Source: an uncultured Eubacteriales bacterium (GTDB taxonomy: Bacteria; Bacillota; Clostridia; Oscillospirales; UBA644). Taken from it: a DNA stretch of 64,000 nucleotides. The DNA lies in assembly GCA_934454405.1 (NCBI GenBank), contig CAKSFN010000006.1, positions 10,503-74,502 on the forward strand, read 5' to 3'. Below the pieces are notes generated by a model. It made no database searches, was not told the DNA's origin, and worked only from the letters and a program-made list of their open reading frames with translations. The translations under genes and the position numbers were made by a program. This document shows, in pieces, positions 1 through 9,700 of the stretch; the stretch's first letter is position 1, and each line of letters begins with the position of its first letter.

Positions 1-213
1 TGCGTAAAGCGGAAAAAGCCCGCCTCATTCACGCCGTATGCGCTTGAAGTGCTTGCTTCAAACGGCGATTTTTCGCACGAAACGGCGAGCGAGGAACTCG
101 GATACCGTCCCAGACCGTTAAAAAGAACTCTGTCGGACACTTTGAAATGGCTTCGTTCGAAAGGAGCGAAAAACCGCCGCGTTTTCTTTAAGAAAACGCC
201 GCAAACCCAATGA
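1..213 (+). CDS. 3' end of a gene cut by the window edge; C-terminus resembles NAD-dependent epimerase/dehydratase (SDR) proteins
   Basis: Frame 1 is open from base 1 to TGA 211-213 (...ETASEELGYRPRPLKRTLSDTLKWLRSKG...) and is followed by a strong hairpin. The family call rests only on recollection of typical SDR C-termini. Confidence 0.35.
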   Translation, partial: CVKRKKPASFTPYALEVLASNGDFSHETASEELGYRPRPLKRTLSDTLKWLRSKGAKNRRVFFKKTPQTQ

Positions 214-266
214 TTTTCGGGCAGAAAGCGAGTTTTCGGAAGATTGTTTTTTCCGACGATATATAA

Positions 267-305
267 AAAGGGATGTAAAAAACCGACGTTTTTTACATCC
301 CTTTT
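267..305. terminator. Bidirectional hairpin terminator between convergent genes
   Basis: AAAGGGATGTAAAAAA-CCGACG-TTTTTTACATCCCTTTT: a ~15-bp stem with A/T runs on both sides. Confidence 0.7.
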
Positions 306-317
306 ATCTGCCTTGTC

Positions 318-866
318 TTATTCGGTTGCGTGCATTGTATGCGATATTTCCGGACGTGCGGCTTCAGAACCGTTTCCGCCCGGTTTTTTCTCGCCCGACG
401 CCATGCCGCTCGCAATCATTGCAATATAAATAGCCCACGCTGCGGCGACAATCAAAATCTTCAATATTTTGGGCATTTTTGAACGGACGAGGATAACCGT
501 CAGCGGAACGGGAAAACAGAGTATCCACCCGATAATCCAAAATATACGGCGTTTCTTTCTGTTTTCTTCTTCCCGCGCCGCCCGGATGCGGGCAAGATCC
601 GCTTCCTTTTGCGCCCGTATTCTTTCAAGATCCGCCGCCTGCTGCGCGCGGACTTTCTCTTTTTCCTCTTCAAGCCGCTCTTTTGCGGCGTCCCGACGCG
701 CCTTCATACGCCCCTTTTCAAAATCGTACCCCGCTCTGACGGAACTGTTTTCCGTTTCTTCAAGAAAGACCTGCGAATCGCAGAACGGACACTTTACGGG
801 TTTTGAGCCATTCTCAAATTCAAGGTTTCCGCCGCAGAACGGACATTTTATCCCAACGGTCTTCAT
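318..866 (-). CDS. Zinc-ribbon membrane protein, function unknown
   Basis: 182-aa ORF. It has an N-terminal CPFCGG...CPFC zinc ribbon, a charged Arg/Glu/Lys-rich middle and C-terminal hydrophobic helices. ATGA overlap with the upstream ORF. Confidence 0.7.
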   Translation of the reverse strand: MKTVGIKCPFCGGNLEFENGSKPVKCPFCDSQVFLEETENSSVRAGYDFEKGRMKARRDAAKERLEEEKEKVRAQQAADLERIRAQKEADLARIRAAREEENRKKRRIFWIIGWILCFPVPLTVILVRSKMPKILKILIVAAAWAIYIAMIASGMASGEKKPGGNGSEAARPEISHTMHATE

Positions 867-1135
867 ATCTCGTCCCCGTCTTTTTTATCCCGGTCGGCTG
901 CATTTGCTTCCGACTGTTCTTTTTTCGTTTTACGCAGTTTGAAAAGACTGCTCGTGCCGCTCACTATCATAACAAGCGCAAGCAAAAGCGCGACAACGTA
1001 AGCCTTTATGTCCTCCGCCGTGCGGCAGAGCGCAACGAAAACGGCGATGCCGGCGATGCCGATAACTATTTCCGCCACCGTAAGTATAAAATAAAGCTTT
1101 TTTTTCTTTTCCGCCGTCGTTCTGCCGTCGTTCAT
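863..1135 (-). CDS. Small membrane protein, function unknown
   Basis: ATG at 1135 follows a purine-rich tract (GGGAAAGGCGGAAAATAAAA). Lys-rich N-terminus, then two hydrophobic helices. The track ORF starts at an alternative GTG (1171). Confidence 0.5.
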   Translation of the reverse strand: MNDGRTTAEKKKKLYFILTVAEIVIGIAGIAVFVALCRTAEDIKAYVVALLLALVMIVSGTSSLFKLRKTKKEQSEANAADRDKKDGDEI

Positions 1136-1164
1136 TTTTATTTTCCGCCTTTCCCGCGCCTCTT

Positions 1165-1258
1165 TTTTCACTTTCGTGTTCCGTCCGCGCCGCTGTTTTC
1201 ACTCTCTCGCGCCGTCCGCGCCGCTTATTTTCACCTTCTCGCGCCGTCCGCGCCGCTC
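1165..1258. repeat. 3 x ~32-bp GC-rich tandem repeat (TTTTCAC..TCGCGCCGTCCGCGCCGCT)
   Basis: Direct reading of 1165-1195, 1196-1227 and 1228-1258. Related to the repeat at 10249-10395. Confidence 0.85.
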
Positions 1259-1398
1259 TTTAATTTAATTATACGATATCGGGTATTGAAAAGCAAGAAA
1301 CTTCACAAACAGTTCACACTTTTTGCATATATCGCCGCGCCGCGGCTCTCTTTTTCGCTGTCCTGACCGCAACGTCCCGTTTTTGTCCCTCTTTACGC

Positions 1399-1427
1399 TT
1401 GCAAAAATCCGAAAAAAGATGTATAAT
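1399..1427 (+). promoter_or_regulatory. Sigma-A type promoter
   Basis: TTGCAA-17 nt-TATAAT, about 37 nt upstream of ATG 1464. Confidence 0.6.
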
Positions 1428-1463
1428 GTATGTATCACTATTTACTTGAAATCAGGAGATATT

Positions 1464-2588
1464 ATGACAGACAGAGAAACCGCGGAGATCCGCAGAAGAT
1501 ATAAGCCCGATAAAAACAACGTAACCCGCATTTCGGGGTGTATGGTCACGCAGACGCGCGAGATAGCGTCCGAGTTTGACGTTCCCGTTGCGTCGATGAC
1601 GGAGGACGAAACGGAAGCCGTGTTCGGCGTTTTCAGACGGACGCTTTCCAATACCGGCAGAAACTTTGTTGACGTTTCATTTCCCGCGTCGGAGGTGCCG
1701 AACGGCGACGTATACAAAATGCTTGACGCGCTCCGTTCAAGCGGGTGCAAAGACGAAACGGCGCGCCGCGCGCTTTTTGAAAGGATAGCGACGTGCGTGG
1801 AAAGCGACGGGGGATACGTCGTTCTGCTTGTTCACGAGAACTACGATGTTTTCCGCTTCGGCTCGGACGGCGAAAAGCTTGAGGATTCGACCGATTCTTT
1901 TTCGTACATTCTCTGCGCCGTTTGTCCTCTCAAATCGGGCAGACCCGTTTTGACATTTTCGACGGGGGAGAATGTTTTTGTAAACACCGCCCTGAAATCA
2001 ATCGTAACCGCGCCGACGCTCGGCTTTATGTACCCTGCGTTCAACGACAGAAAGGCGGACATTTACGCTTTGGGCTACTATGCGCGCGACATAAGGAACA
2101 ATCACGCGGAGTTCGCCGCCACCGTTTTCGGCGCGCAGACGCCCATGCCTGCGGCGGAGCAGAAGCAGACGTTCGGCGCCGCGCTTTCGGAATCCGTTTC
2201 GGACGCGCTTGATCTCGACGTCGCTTCAAGCGTTCATTCCGGCATAGCGGAGCTTATCGAGGAGCATAAGCAGAGCAGGGAACGCGACACGCTGACTATC
2301 TCCAAAGGTGCGGTCAAGCGTATTTTGCGCGACGGCGGCGTTGACGAGGAGCGCGTTGAGGCGTTCGGCAGAAAATTCGACGAGGACTTCGGCAAGGGCG
2401 CGGAGCTGCGTCCGAAAAACATTGTGGACACGAAAAAATTCGAGCTGAAAACGCCCGACGTGTCGATAAAGGTCAGCCCCGAAAAGAAAGACCTCGTCGA
2501 AACGCGCGTCATCGACGGCGTAAAGTTCATTCTCGTCCGCGCCGACGGCGGAGTTGAGCTCAACGGCATAAATATCGAAATAAGCTGA
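1464..2588 (+). CDS. DUF4317-like protein
   Basis: ATG 1464 has AGGAGA 5-10 nt upstream. The N-terminus ETAEIRRRYKPDKNNVTRISGCMV resembles Firmicutes DUF4317 proteins as I recall them. The 47 upstream codons of the track ORF were rejected. Confidence 0.65.
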   Translation: MTDRETAEIRRRYKPDKNNVTRISGCMVTQTREIASEFDVPVASMTEDETEAVFGVFRRTLSNTGRNFVDVSFPASEVPNGDVYKMLDALRSSGCKDETARRALFERIATCVESDGGYVVLLVHENYDVFRFGSDGEKLEDSTDSFSYILCAVCPLKSGRPVLTFSTGENVFVNTALKSIVTAPTLGFMYPAFNDRKADIYALGYYARDIRNNHAEFAATVFGAQTPMPAAEQKQTFGAALSESVSDALDLDVASSVHSGIAELIEEHKQSRERDTLTISKGAVKRILRDGGVDEERVEAFGRKFDEDFGKGAELRPKNIVDTKKFELKTPDVSIKVSPEKKDLVETRVIDGVKFILVRADGGVELNGINIEIS

Positions 2589-2596
2589 CGCTTTCG

Positions 2597-3367
2597 CTAA
2601 ATCATATTTTTTATCCGTGTCAGCGCGCTTTTTTCAAGCCGCGACACCTGCGCCTGCGAAATGCCTATTTCAGCGGCGGTCTCCATTTGCGTTTTGCCGT
2701 GCATAAAGCGAAGCGTAACGATGCGTTTTTCCCTGTCTGACAGCGTTTTCAGCGCTTCCCTCAGATTGATTTCCTCGACCCAGCTTGTGTCGCAGTCGCT
2801 TTTGTCGCTGACCTGATCCATAACATAAAGCGTGTCGCTGTCGTCGCTGTATACGGGGTCGAAAAGCGAAACGGGGTCAACTATCGCTTCAAGCGCCAGC
2901 ACAACTTCTTTTCGCGTCAGTCCGAGTTCTTTTGCCGTCTCCTCGGGCGTCGGCTCGCGTCCGAGCTCATTTGTCAGTTTTTCTTTTGCCGTCAGCGCCT
3001 TGTACGCCGTGTCGCGCACCGAACGGCTGACGCGTATCGGGTTGTTGTCCCTCAGATACCGCCGCAGCTCGCCTATTATCATCGGCACGGCGTATGTCGA
3101 AAACCGCACATCCTGCGTCAGATCGAAATTGTCTATCGCTTTTATCAGCCCGATACAGCCGACCTGAAAAAGGTCGTCCGGCTCCTCGCCTCTGCCCGAA
3201 AAACGGCGCAGAACGCTCAGAACAAGCTTCAGATTTCCTCTTATGAACCTCTCCCGCGCCTCCTTGTCTCCCGCCTTGATTTTGAGCATCAGCGCCTTCG
3301 CCTCCGCCGCAGGTATGACTTCGAGCTTTGAGGTGTCTATTCCGCATATAACCACTTTATTCAGCAT
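2597..3367 (-). CDS. sigG: Sporulation sigma factor SigG
   Basis: NKVVICGIDTSKL, DLFQVGCIGLIKAIDNFD, FSTYAVPMIIGELRRYLRDNNPIRVSRS and GISQAQVSRLEK match B. subtilis SigG almost block for block. The start was taken at MLNKV (3367). Confidence 0.9.
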   Translation of the reverse strand: MLNKVVICGIDTSKLEVIPAAEAKALMLKIKAGDKEARERFIRGNLKLVLSVLRRFSGRGEEPDDLFQVGCIGLIKAIDNFDLTQDVRFSTYAVPMIIGELRRYLRDNNPIRVSRSVRDTAYKALTAKEKLTNELGREPTPEETAKELGLTRKEVVLALEAIVDPVSLFDPVYSDDSDTLYVMDQVSDKSDCDTSWVEEINLREALKTLSDREKRIVTLRFMHGKTQMETAAEIGISQAQVSRLEKSALTRIKNMI

Positions 3368-3454
3368 TTTCCGCGCCTGCCTTTCCGAAAAAAGTATCGG
3401 CAAACGGGCGAAAAGTATTCTTCCAAAAAATGTATTTGAAAAAAGAGGACGCTT

Positions 3455-6400
3455 ATGAAAGACTTAAAAATCGTTTACGGCAGAAACGGTTCCGACCTTC
3501 ACCGTCGGATCAGAACGAAAGCCGCGGAGTTTGCGCGCCGCGCCTCCGACGGCGAACGCGCCGTTTTCATTGTGCCGGATCAGTACACGCTGACCGCCGA
3601 GCGTTTTTTGCTCTCCGAACTCGGCGAAAAAGAACTTCACAAGCTTCGCGTCGTTTCATTCAAAAGACTTGCTGCGCTGACCTTTGCCGAATGCGGAAAA
3701 ACCTTTGATTTTGTCGGAGAGGGCGGCAGAGCCGCGCTTGTGTCCGCCGCTTTCGACGATGTTTCGCCGCAGCTGAAATACTACGCCGGATATTCGGATT
3801 TTTACTTCAACGAGGCTCTCTGCGAGCGTATAAAAATGTTCAAGGAATACTCGGTCTCTCCCGACGCGCTGCTTTCGGCAGAAACCTCGGACGCCGTGCG
3901 CGACCTTGCTCTCATTTACGGTATGTACGATTCGCTTCTCGGCGCGGACAGAGCCGATTCCGCCGATAATCTGCGCCTTTTTTCCGAGCTTATCGCCGAG
4001 CGCGGACTGTTCCGCGACGCCACGGTTTTTATTGATTTTTTCAAGGTTCTCAACGCCTCCGAGCTTTCCGTTGTCCGCGCCCTTTGCGAAGCGGGCGCCG
4101 ATATCTGCGTCGGGCTTGTTTCGGACGGCTCCTTTGACGAGAACGGGCTTTTCGCCCCCGTCTGCGCCGTGGAAAAGAAGCTTGCCTCTCTGGCGGCTCG
4201 GCTCGGCGGCAGAGTCATTCGCGAAAAAGCCGAAAACGGAACGGAATACCTGCGCAAAGGCCCCGCGCGCCTTGAAAGTTTTCTTGCAACCGACGCTTTT
4301 TCCGGTTCGGACGACGGCGACGGCGTGGAGATATACAAGGCGACCGATATTTCCGACGAGGTCGATTTCGTCTGCTGCCGCGTCTGCAAACTTGTTCTCG
4401 ACTGCGGCTTCCGCTTTTCGGATATCGCCGTCGTGACCCGCGACGATGCTCGCTACGCCCCGTATTTTGAAAAGATATTTGCGGATTACTCGATCCCGTT
4501 TTTCCGCCATAAAAAAAGCGGCGCGCTCGAAAAAAAGGCGGTTCGCTTCATCGGCTCCCTGTTCGCCGCCGTCCGCTTCGGCTTTCGCCGCGACGATGTT
4601 CTGGATGTTGTCCGCTGCGGCTTTATCAAAGGCGTCGGCGCGTCGGAGCTTGCCGAATTTGAACGCTATGTTCTTATCTGGAATGTGAACGGAAAAGGCT
4701 TTTTCGAGCCGTTTGAACGCAGCGTTCGCGGCTTTTCGGGCAGTGAAACGCCCTCCCCCTCGGACGCCGCGCGCCTGCTCCGCGCCGAAAATGTCAGACA
4801 AAAGGTCTGCGGGATACTTTCGTTCCTCGGCAAAGGGAGCGAAAAAGCGTCCGTTAAGAGCCACGCGGAGCGGCTTTTCGGGCTTTTTGAAACGCTCGAC
4901 CTCGAACGGAGAATAAAGGCGGACTCCGAATCGCTTGCGGCGATGGGAGAAAAGACCCTTGCGGAAGAAAGCGAAAAGCTGTTCGAGCTGCTTGTCCGCG
5001 GACTTGACGAATACGTTCTTGCCGTCGGCGAATCCGAGGTCAGCCTCGATATGTTCGGCAGGATGTATCTGCGCATAATCTCCGAATATTCCGTCGGCTC
5101 CATTCCCACAAGCTCGGACGCTGTTCTCATCGGCGGCGCCGACACGGCTCCTCTTCTTGAAAAACGCGCCGTGTTCGTGCTCGGACTTCGCGAGGGAGCC
5201 TTTCCCAAGACCCCGACCTCTTCGCTGCTCGTGCCCGAAAAGGAACGCGCCGCGCTTGAAGAGCAGGGGATAACCGTGGATATCGCGCCTTTTGAAAAGT
5301 TTCTTTACGAGCAGTTTATCGTTTATTACGCGCTGACAAGCGCCACCGAACGCGTTTATATGTCCTATCCCTCGACCGACGGCGGCGAAAGCGTCGCCTG
5401 CGAAGCGTTCGATCTCTGTCTCGGCGCGTTTCCGCGTTCCGAGATAAAAACAGGCGCGTCCTCCGCGGACAGGCTTTACAGAACCCGCCCCGCCGTGACC
5501 AAGGCGGTCGCCTACGGCATTCGCGACCTTTCGGATTATTTCGGGCTGCGCATTGCCGACGGACGCGAATATCCGCAGTCGCTCTTTTCCGTTCCGAAGG
5601 AGGTCGCCGAAAAGCTTTACGGCTCTCCCGTTTATGTTTCCGCAACAAAAAGCGACACGTTCGCGGAATGTCCCTATCGTTACTTCGTCCGCTTCGGGCT
5701 CGGCGTTGACGAGCTGCAAAAGGCGGAGTTCAGTGCCGTCAACGTCGGCTCTCTTGTCCACGCCGCGCTTGACCGCATCTTCAAAAAGGAAAAAGACCTC
5801 GCCGCTCTTGACAACGAGGCGCTGGCGGCTGTTGCCGAAAAAGAGGTCGGCGCGTATATGCGCGAAGCTTTCGGCGCAGACGCCGAACGCCGGGATATGC
5901 TCGTTTGCGCCGATTCCGTGCGTAAAAGGCTTTTCTCGCTGCTTTGCTCCATGCGCGACGAGCTCCGCGCGACGGGCTACCGCCCCGTTTACACCGAGCT
6001 GGGCATAGGCAGGTCGGAAAACGGTCTGCCCGCGTTCGACCTTGACTGCGAAAACGGCGTAAAAGCGCGCATAACGGGCTCCATAGACCGCGTTGACGCG
6101 CTCGACGACGGCGGCAGGACGTATGTCCGCGTTATCGACTACAAAACGGGGAACAAGGATTTCTCCCTTGCGGACATATATCGCGGACTTTCCGTTCAGC
6201 TTCCGCTTTATCTTGACATTCTCAGCGAAACGGGAGGGGGGCTTTTCTCCTCCGAGCCCAAGCCTGCCGGAATGATGTACTACCTTTTGAACAGGGAGTT
6301 TGAAACAGGCTCTTTCGCCGCGATGTCGGGAAGCGCTTATTTCGCGGAAAACGGCGCGCTGCCCTCTCTGCCCCCGACCCACCGCCGCAGCGGAATGATC

Positions 6401-6742
6401 CTCGAGGGCGAGGAACTGATGAAAAAAGTCGATCCGAGCGGAAAATATTTTGTTGACAAAGACGTTGCGAAATGCTTCTTTTCCGCGGACGAGCGGGATT
6501 TTGAGACCGTATTTTCGGACATCAAAAAGACCGTTCGCGGCATGTGCGTTTCGCTGACGTCCGGCAGGTTTGAAAAAACCCCGAAAAAGAGGTACGGCCG
6601 CGATTGCGGCTACTGCCCGTTCACGGATATATGCGAAAACTCCGAGCGCTGCGTCTCCGACGAAAAGATGAGGAACGAGGACGCTCTCAAACGAATGAGG
6701 GAAGACCTGAAAAACGAAACGGAGGGTGAAAACAATGGCTGA
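3455..6742 (+). CDS. addB: Helicase-nuclease AddAB, subunit B
   Basis: 1095 aa, directly upstream of and overlapping addA. It carries a C-terminal nuclease/Fe-S cysteine pattern (CPYRYF ... CGYCPFTDIC). The N-terminal Walker A is degenerate (YGRNGSD). Confidence 0.88.
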   Translation: MKDLKIVYGRNGSDLHRRIRTKAAEFARRASDGERAVFIVPDQYTLTAERFLLSELGEKELHKLRVVSFKRLAALTFAECGKTFDFVGEGGRAALVSAAFDDVSPQLKYYAGYSDFYFNEALCERIKMFKEYSVSPDALLSAETSDAVRDLALIYGMYDSLLGADRADSADNLRLFSELIAERGLFRDATVFIDFFKVLNASELSVVRALCEAGADICVGLVSDGSFDENGLFAPVCAVEKKLASLAARLGGRVIREKAENGTEYLRKGPARLESFLATDAFSGSDDGDGVEIYKATDISDEVDFVCCRVCKLVLDCGFRFSDIAVVTRDDARYAPYFEKIFADYSIPFFRHKKSGALEKKAVRFIGSLFAAVRFGFRRDDVLDVVRCGFIKGVGASELAEFERYVLIWNVNGKGFFEPFERSVRGFSGSETPSPSDAARLLRAENVRQKVCGILSFLGKGSEKASVKSHAERLFGLFETLDLERRIKADSESLAAMGEKTLAEESEKLFELLVRGLDEYVLAVGESEVSLDMFGRMYLRIISEYSVGSIPTSSDAVLIGGADTAPLLEKRAVFVLGLREGAFPKTPTSSLLVPEKERAALEEQGITVDIAPFEKFLYEQFIVYYALTSATERVYMSYPSTDGGESVACEAFDLCLGAFPRSEIKTGASSADRLYRTRPAVTKAVAYGIRDLSDYFGLRIADGREYPQSLFSVPKEVAEKLYGSPVYVSATKSDTFAECPYRYFVRFGLGVDELQKAEFSAVNVGSLVHAALDRIFKKEKDLAALDNEALAAVAEKEVGAYMREAFGADAERRDMLVCADSVRKRLFSLLCSMRDELRATGYRPVYTELGIGRSENGLPAFDLDCENGVKARITGSIDRVDALDDGGRTYVRVIDYKTGNKDFSLADIYRGLSVQLPLYLDILSETGGGLFSSEPKPAGMMYYLLNREFETGSFAAMSGSAYFAENGALPSLPPTHRRSGMILEGEELMKKVDPSGKYFVDKDVAKCFFSADERDFETVFSDIKKTVRGMCVSLTSGRFEKTPKKRYGRDCGYCPFTDICENSERCVSDEKMRNEDALKRMREDLKNETEGENNG

Positions 6743-9700
6743 AAGATGGACTGAAGCCCAAAAGGCGGCTATTACCGAAAAGGGCAGAAACATCATTGTT
6801 TCCGCCGCCGCGGGAAGCGGAAAAACCTCGGTTCTTTCCGAGCGCGTCTGCCGTTTTGTCGCGGACGGAGGCGATATTGAACGCCTGCTCGTCGTAACCT
6901 TCACCAAAGCGGCGTCGAAGGAGATGCGCTCCCGTATCCGCCGCAAGATAGCCGACCTCTGCCGCGGCGAGACCGACGCCGCCGTAAAAGCGCGTCTGCG
7001 CCGTCAGCTGGTCAAGGTCGGAAACGCAAGAATTTCAACCATAGACAGCTTTTTCGGCGACCTCGTCCGCGAAAACTTCCGCGTTGTCGGCGTCAGCCCC
7101 AACTTCGGTATGGCGGACGCGACCGAGACCGCCGCCGCCGAGCAGGAAGCCCTCGAAAAGGTCATTTCGCGCGCTTTTGAGGAGATGAGCGATGATTTCA
7201 AGACGCTTATCGACCTCGTCGGAGGCGATATCAGAAACGAAAAGATACCGCTCGACGTCAAATATATTTCTTCAAAGCTTGCAACCGTTCCGTTCCGCTC
7301 CGAATGGCTCGAGGAAAAAAAGAAGCTCTACTCCGACCCCGCGTATTTCACGTCGTTCTGCTGCTCGTATATCGCCGACCGCATCGGGGAGGTTCTTCCC
7401 GCTTTTGAGGAGCTTCTCGATTCGGGGCTGATAGGCGGTCAAAACAACGCAAGCGCTCTCGACGAAGTTGTTTTCAAACTCCGCAGCGCTCTTGACGCCG
7501 CCGAAAAGGGCGATTGGGACGGCGCGAGAACTCTCGAGTTTGAGTGTCGCCTGACCCGAAGAACGAAGGACGACGACGTCGCCGCGTTCGACCGCTTTAA
7601 GCAGCTGCGCAAAAAAGTGCGCGACAAAAGCTCGGGAAACGGACTTTTCGACCTTCCTCTGCTCATGCACTCAACGGCTGCCGTCGCAAAGGAGCTTGAA
7701 GTGATGCGCCGCCCCGTTTCCTGCCTGTTCGACCTCGTGGAGGCGTATTCGGAGGAGCTTCGCCGTATCTGCGCCGAGAAAAACAAATATACTTTCGATA
7801 TGATAACGGAAGCCGCGCTTCGCCTTCTCGTAAAAAACTACGACCATAACAGCGGCGCGTTTGAGCCCACCGACCTTGCCCGTGCCGTCGCCGCAGATTT
7901 CGACGGCGTTATGATAGACGAATATCAGGACACAAGTCCCGTTCAGGATCTGTGCTTTGCCGCCGTCGGCAGGGACGATATGTTCGTTGTGGGCGACCTC
8001 AAACAGGCGATTTACGCGTTCCGCGGCACAAGCCCCGAATGCTTCGCGAAAAAGAGGGACGTTTTTTACCGCATCGACCTGAACAGGAATTTCCGCAGCC
8101 GAAAGGGGATTCTCGATTTCGCGAACTTCCTTTTTTCCATGCTTCTTTCGGAAAAGGTCGGCGGCGTTGAATACGACGACGGCGAGTGGCTCAACCACGG
8201 CGAAAAAGCCGAGCCCGAACAGGCGCGCCCCTCTCCCGACGTCGAATTTGACGTTTTGCGGGGGGATTACGAAAACAGCCTGCTCGAAAGCGACGCGCTG
8301 AAGCCCTACGCCTCCCACGCCGCGAGAAGGATTCTCGGGCTTGTCGAAAAAGGAGACTGCGGCAGAAAATACGAGTTTTCCGATATCGCCGTTCTCTGCC
8401 TTTCAAACGGACAATGCGAGCAGATACAGCGCGCCTGCCGCGCTCTCGGCGTGCCGTCTTTTTTTGAAAAGGGGAGCGACCTTTTCGAGTCCAAGACCGT
8501 CGGCGCGGTTGTCCGTGTTCTGCGCGCCCTGAACAATCCGTATTCGGACATCGACCTTTACGCCTGTATGACCTGCGGCATATTCGACGTGCGCGAGAGC
8601 GATGTCGCGCAGGCTGTCGCCGCCTTCGGCAAAGGGGGATATCTTTACGACAAGATCAGCGCTTTCGCCGAAAACTCCGACCGTATTGACGCGTTTTTAT
8701 CGTCTTTCCGCGCTCTCCGCGCGCTGTCCTTCGAGCTGCCGCTGTCCTCTCTCGTGCGCCGTATTTATGACGCGACGGGCTGCGCCGAAAAGGTTCTGCT
8801 GCTGCCCCGCGGCGAAGAACGCCACGAGGATCTGATGAGCTTTGAGGCGTTCACGCTCGGACACGAGCAGGCGTGCGACGGCAGCCTGTCCCGCTTTTTG
8901 AAGCTGATAGACGACTTCATCGCGAGCGGCGAAAAAAACGAGCCCGTCTCCGCGCCGAAGGGCGACTTTGTGCGCGTGATGACCGTTCACGGCTCGAAGG
9001 GGCTTGAATTTCCCGTCTGCATTCTGCCCAACCTCGAAAAGGACTTCACAAAAACCAAACCCGTCAGTCACAATGTTCTTTTCAGCTCCCGTTTCGCCGT
9101 CGGCACGAAACTCCGCGACGAAGAAGGCACCGTTGAAGCCCCGTCGTTTCTGTATTCGCTGAACAAGCTTCTCGACAGAAACGAGAAGGTCTCGGAAGAA
9201 CTTCGCGTGTTTTACGTCGCGGTCACCCGCGCAAAGGAAAAGCTTATCCTCTGCGCCTCAGCGGAAGCCCTGAAACCTGACGAATACGCGTATTTTTATA
9301 ACTATACAGCCGCGCCCGACGGCCCGAAAAAGCTCAAATGCCTTCGGCTTGCGGTCGAAACCTGCAAAAGCTTCGCCGCGTTCGCGTCTCTGGCGATGAC
9401 GCACCGCCCCGACAGCGGCTTTTTCAACTGCGCCGACGTTCCGGCTCTCACCCCCGACGAACCCGTCCGCGTCAACGTCTTCAAAAGCGCGGACGCAAAG
9501 GCGGAGGACGCCGAGCCCGACGGTGAAACGCCGCCCGAGATGCCCGACGGCGGACAGGTCTGTATGTGCGGCGTTCCGAAACAGGAGCTTGACCGTCGCT
9601 TCGGCGCGTCGCTTTCAACCGTTCTTTCCCGTGTTCCCGCCAAAATTTCCGTAACGGAGCTCACAAAGGGCTTTATCGCGGACGAGAACGCCGAGCCGCT

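Noticed and set aside
3656-6946. 1096-aa ORF antisense to addB. Similar long antisense ORFs: 31580-33235 opposite priA, 35911-37011, 52894-54132 opposite etfA, 56841-57863, 19582-20331, 33284-34243 and 36569-37462
   Set aside because: These are typical stop-poor antisense frames of GC-rich genes. Their products are Arg/Ala/Gly-rich with no recognisable motifs, while the sense-strand genes carry clear family signatures.
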